Shown here in pieces: positions 63,745 to 64,000 of a stretch of DNA of 64,000 nt. Both the position numbers and the translations under genes were made by a program. Every line of letters begins with the position of its first letter. Position 1 is the stretch's first letter. This DNA is from Callorhinchus milii. Its lineage: Eukaryota. The notes beneath the pieces are model-generated. The model worked only from the letters and a program-made list of their open reading frames with translations. It did no database searches and was not told the DNA's origin. Location of the stretch: the NCBI RefSeq assembly GCF_018977255.1, contig NW_024704742.1:116004001-116068000 (forward strand), written 5' to 3'.

Positions 63745-64000
63745 TAATAAATAATGCTTGCATTTTATATAATGCCTTAGCATGGTACAGCTAATTTACA
63801 TACCTCAATGTCCCACAAACAGCCATGAAGTGAATGACCAATTTTATTTGGGGGATTATCAGCCAGAAACTCCCTTTTCTTTTCAAATAATGCTATGGGA
63901 TCTTTAATATTCAACTGAACAGGCAAATTGGATCTTGGTTTACTGAGTCATCTGATGGATGGCAACTCCAAAAATGGAACACACCAACAATGCATGGGAG
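63745..64000 (-). mobile_element. Older DeuSINE fragment
   Basis: aatgtcccacaaacagcc...tgctatgggatctttaatattcaactgaacagg. Confidence 0.72.

Overview
Eukaryotic (vertebrate) genomic DNA, most likely a cartilaginous fish (shark/chimaera), inferred from its repeat complement: a tRNA-Ala-derived SINE with a Deu-like core and L2-type tail, plus L2, CR1, Tx1 and Penelope-like fragments. Two genes can be supported and they are divergently oriented. FOXD1 is single-exon (minus strand, CDS 18918-19901, 327 aa). BTF3/NAC-beta is on the plus strand with a non-coding exon 1 in a CpG island at ~51.9 kb and five coding exons at 53434-59833 (162 aa). The same FOXD1<- ->BTF3 neighbourhood exists in human. 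FOXD1 sits in a ~14 kb almost transposon-free, CpG-retaining domain with several enhancer-like blocks; the rest of the window is dense with nested retrotransposon fragments. I found no convincing undescribed biological system. The best second-look items are a FOXD1 uORF whose stop overlaps the main start (AUGA), a probable non-autonomous Helitron carrying CTCF-like motifs, reciprocal SINE/L2 nesting with a switched 3' stem-loop, a possible BTF3a-like N-terminal extension, and reverse-oriented CTCF motifs near BTF3. Repeat boundaries are by eye and approximate; repeat family names come from recalled consensus sequences, not from a search.
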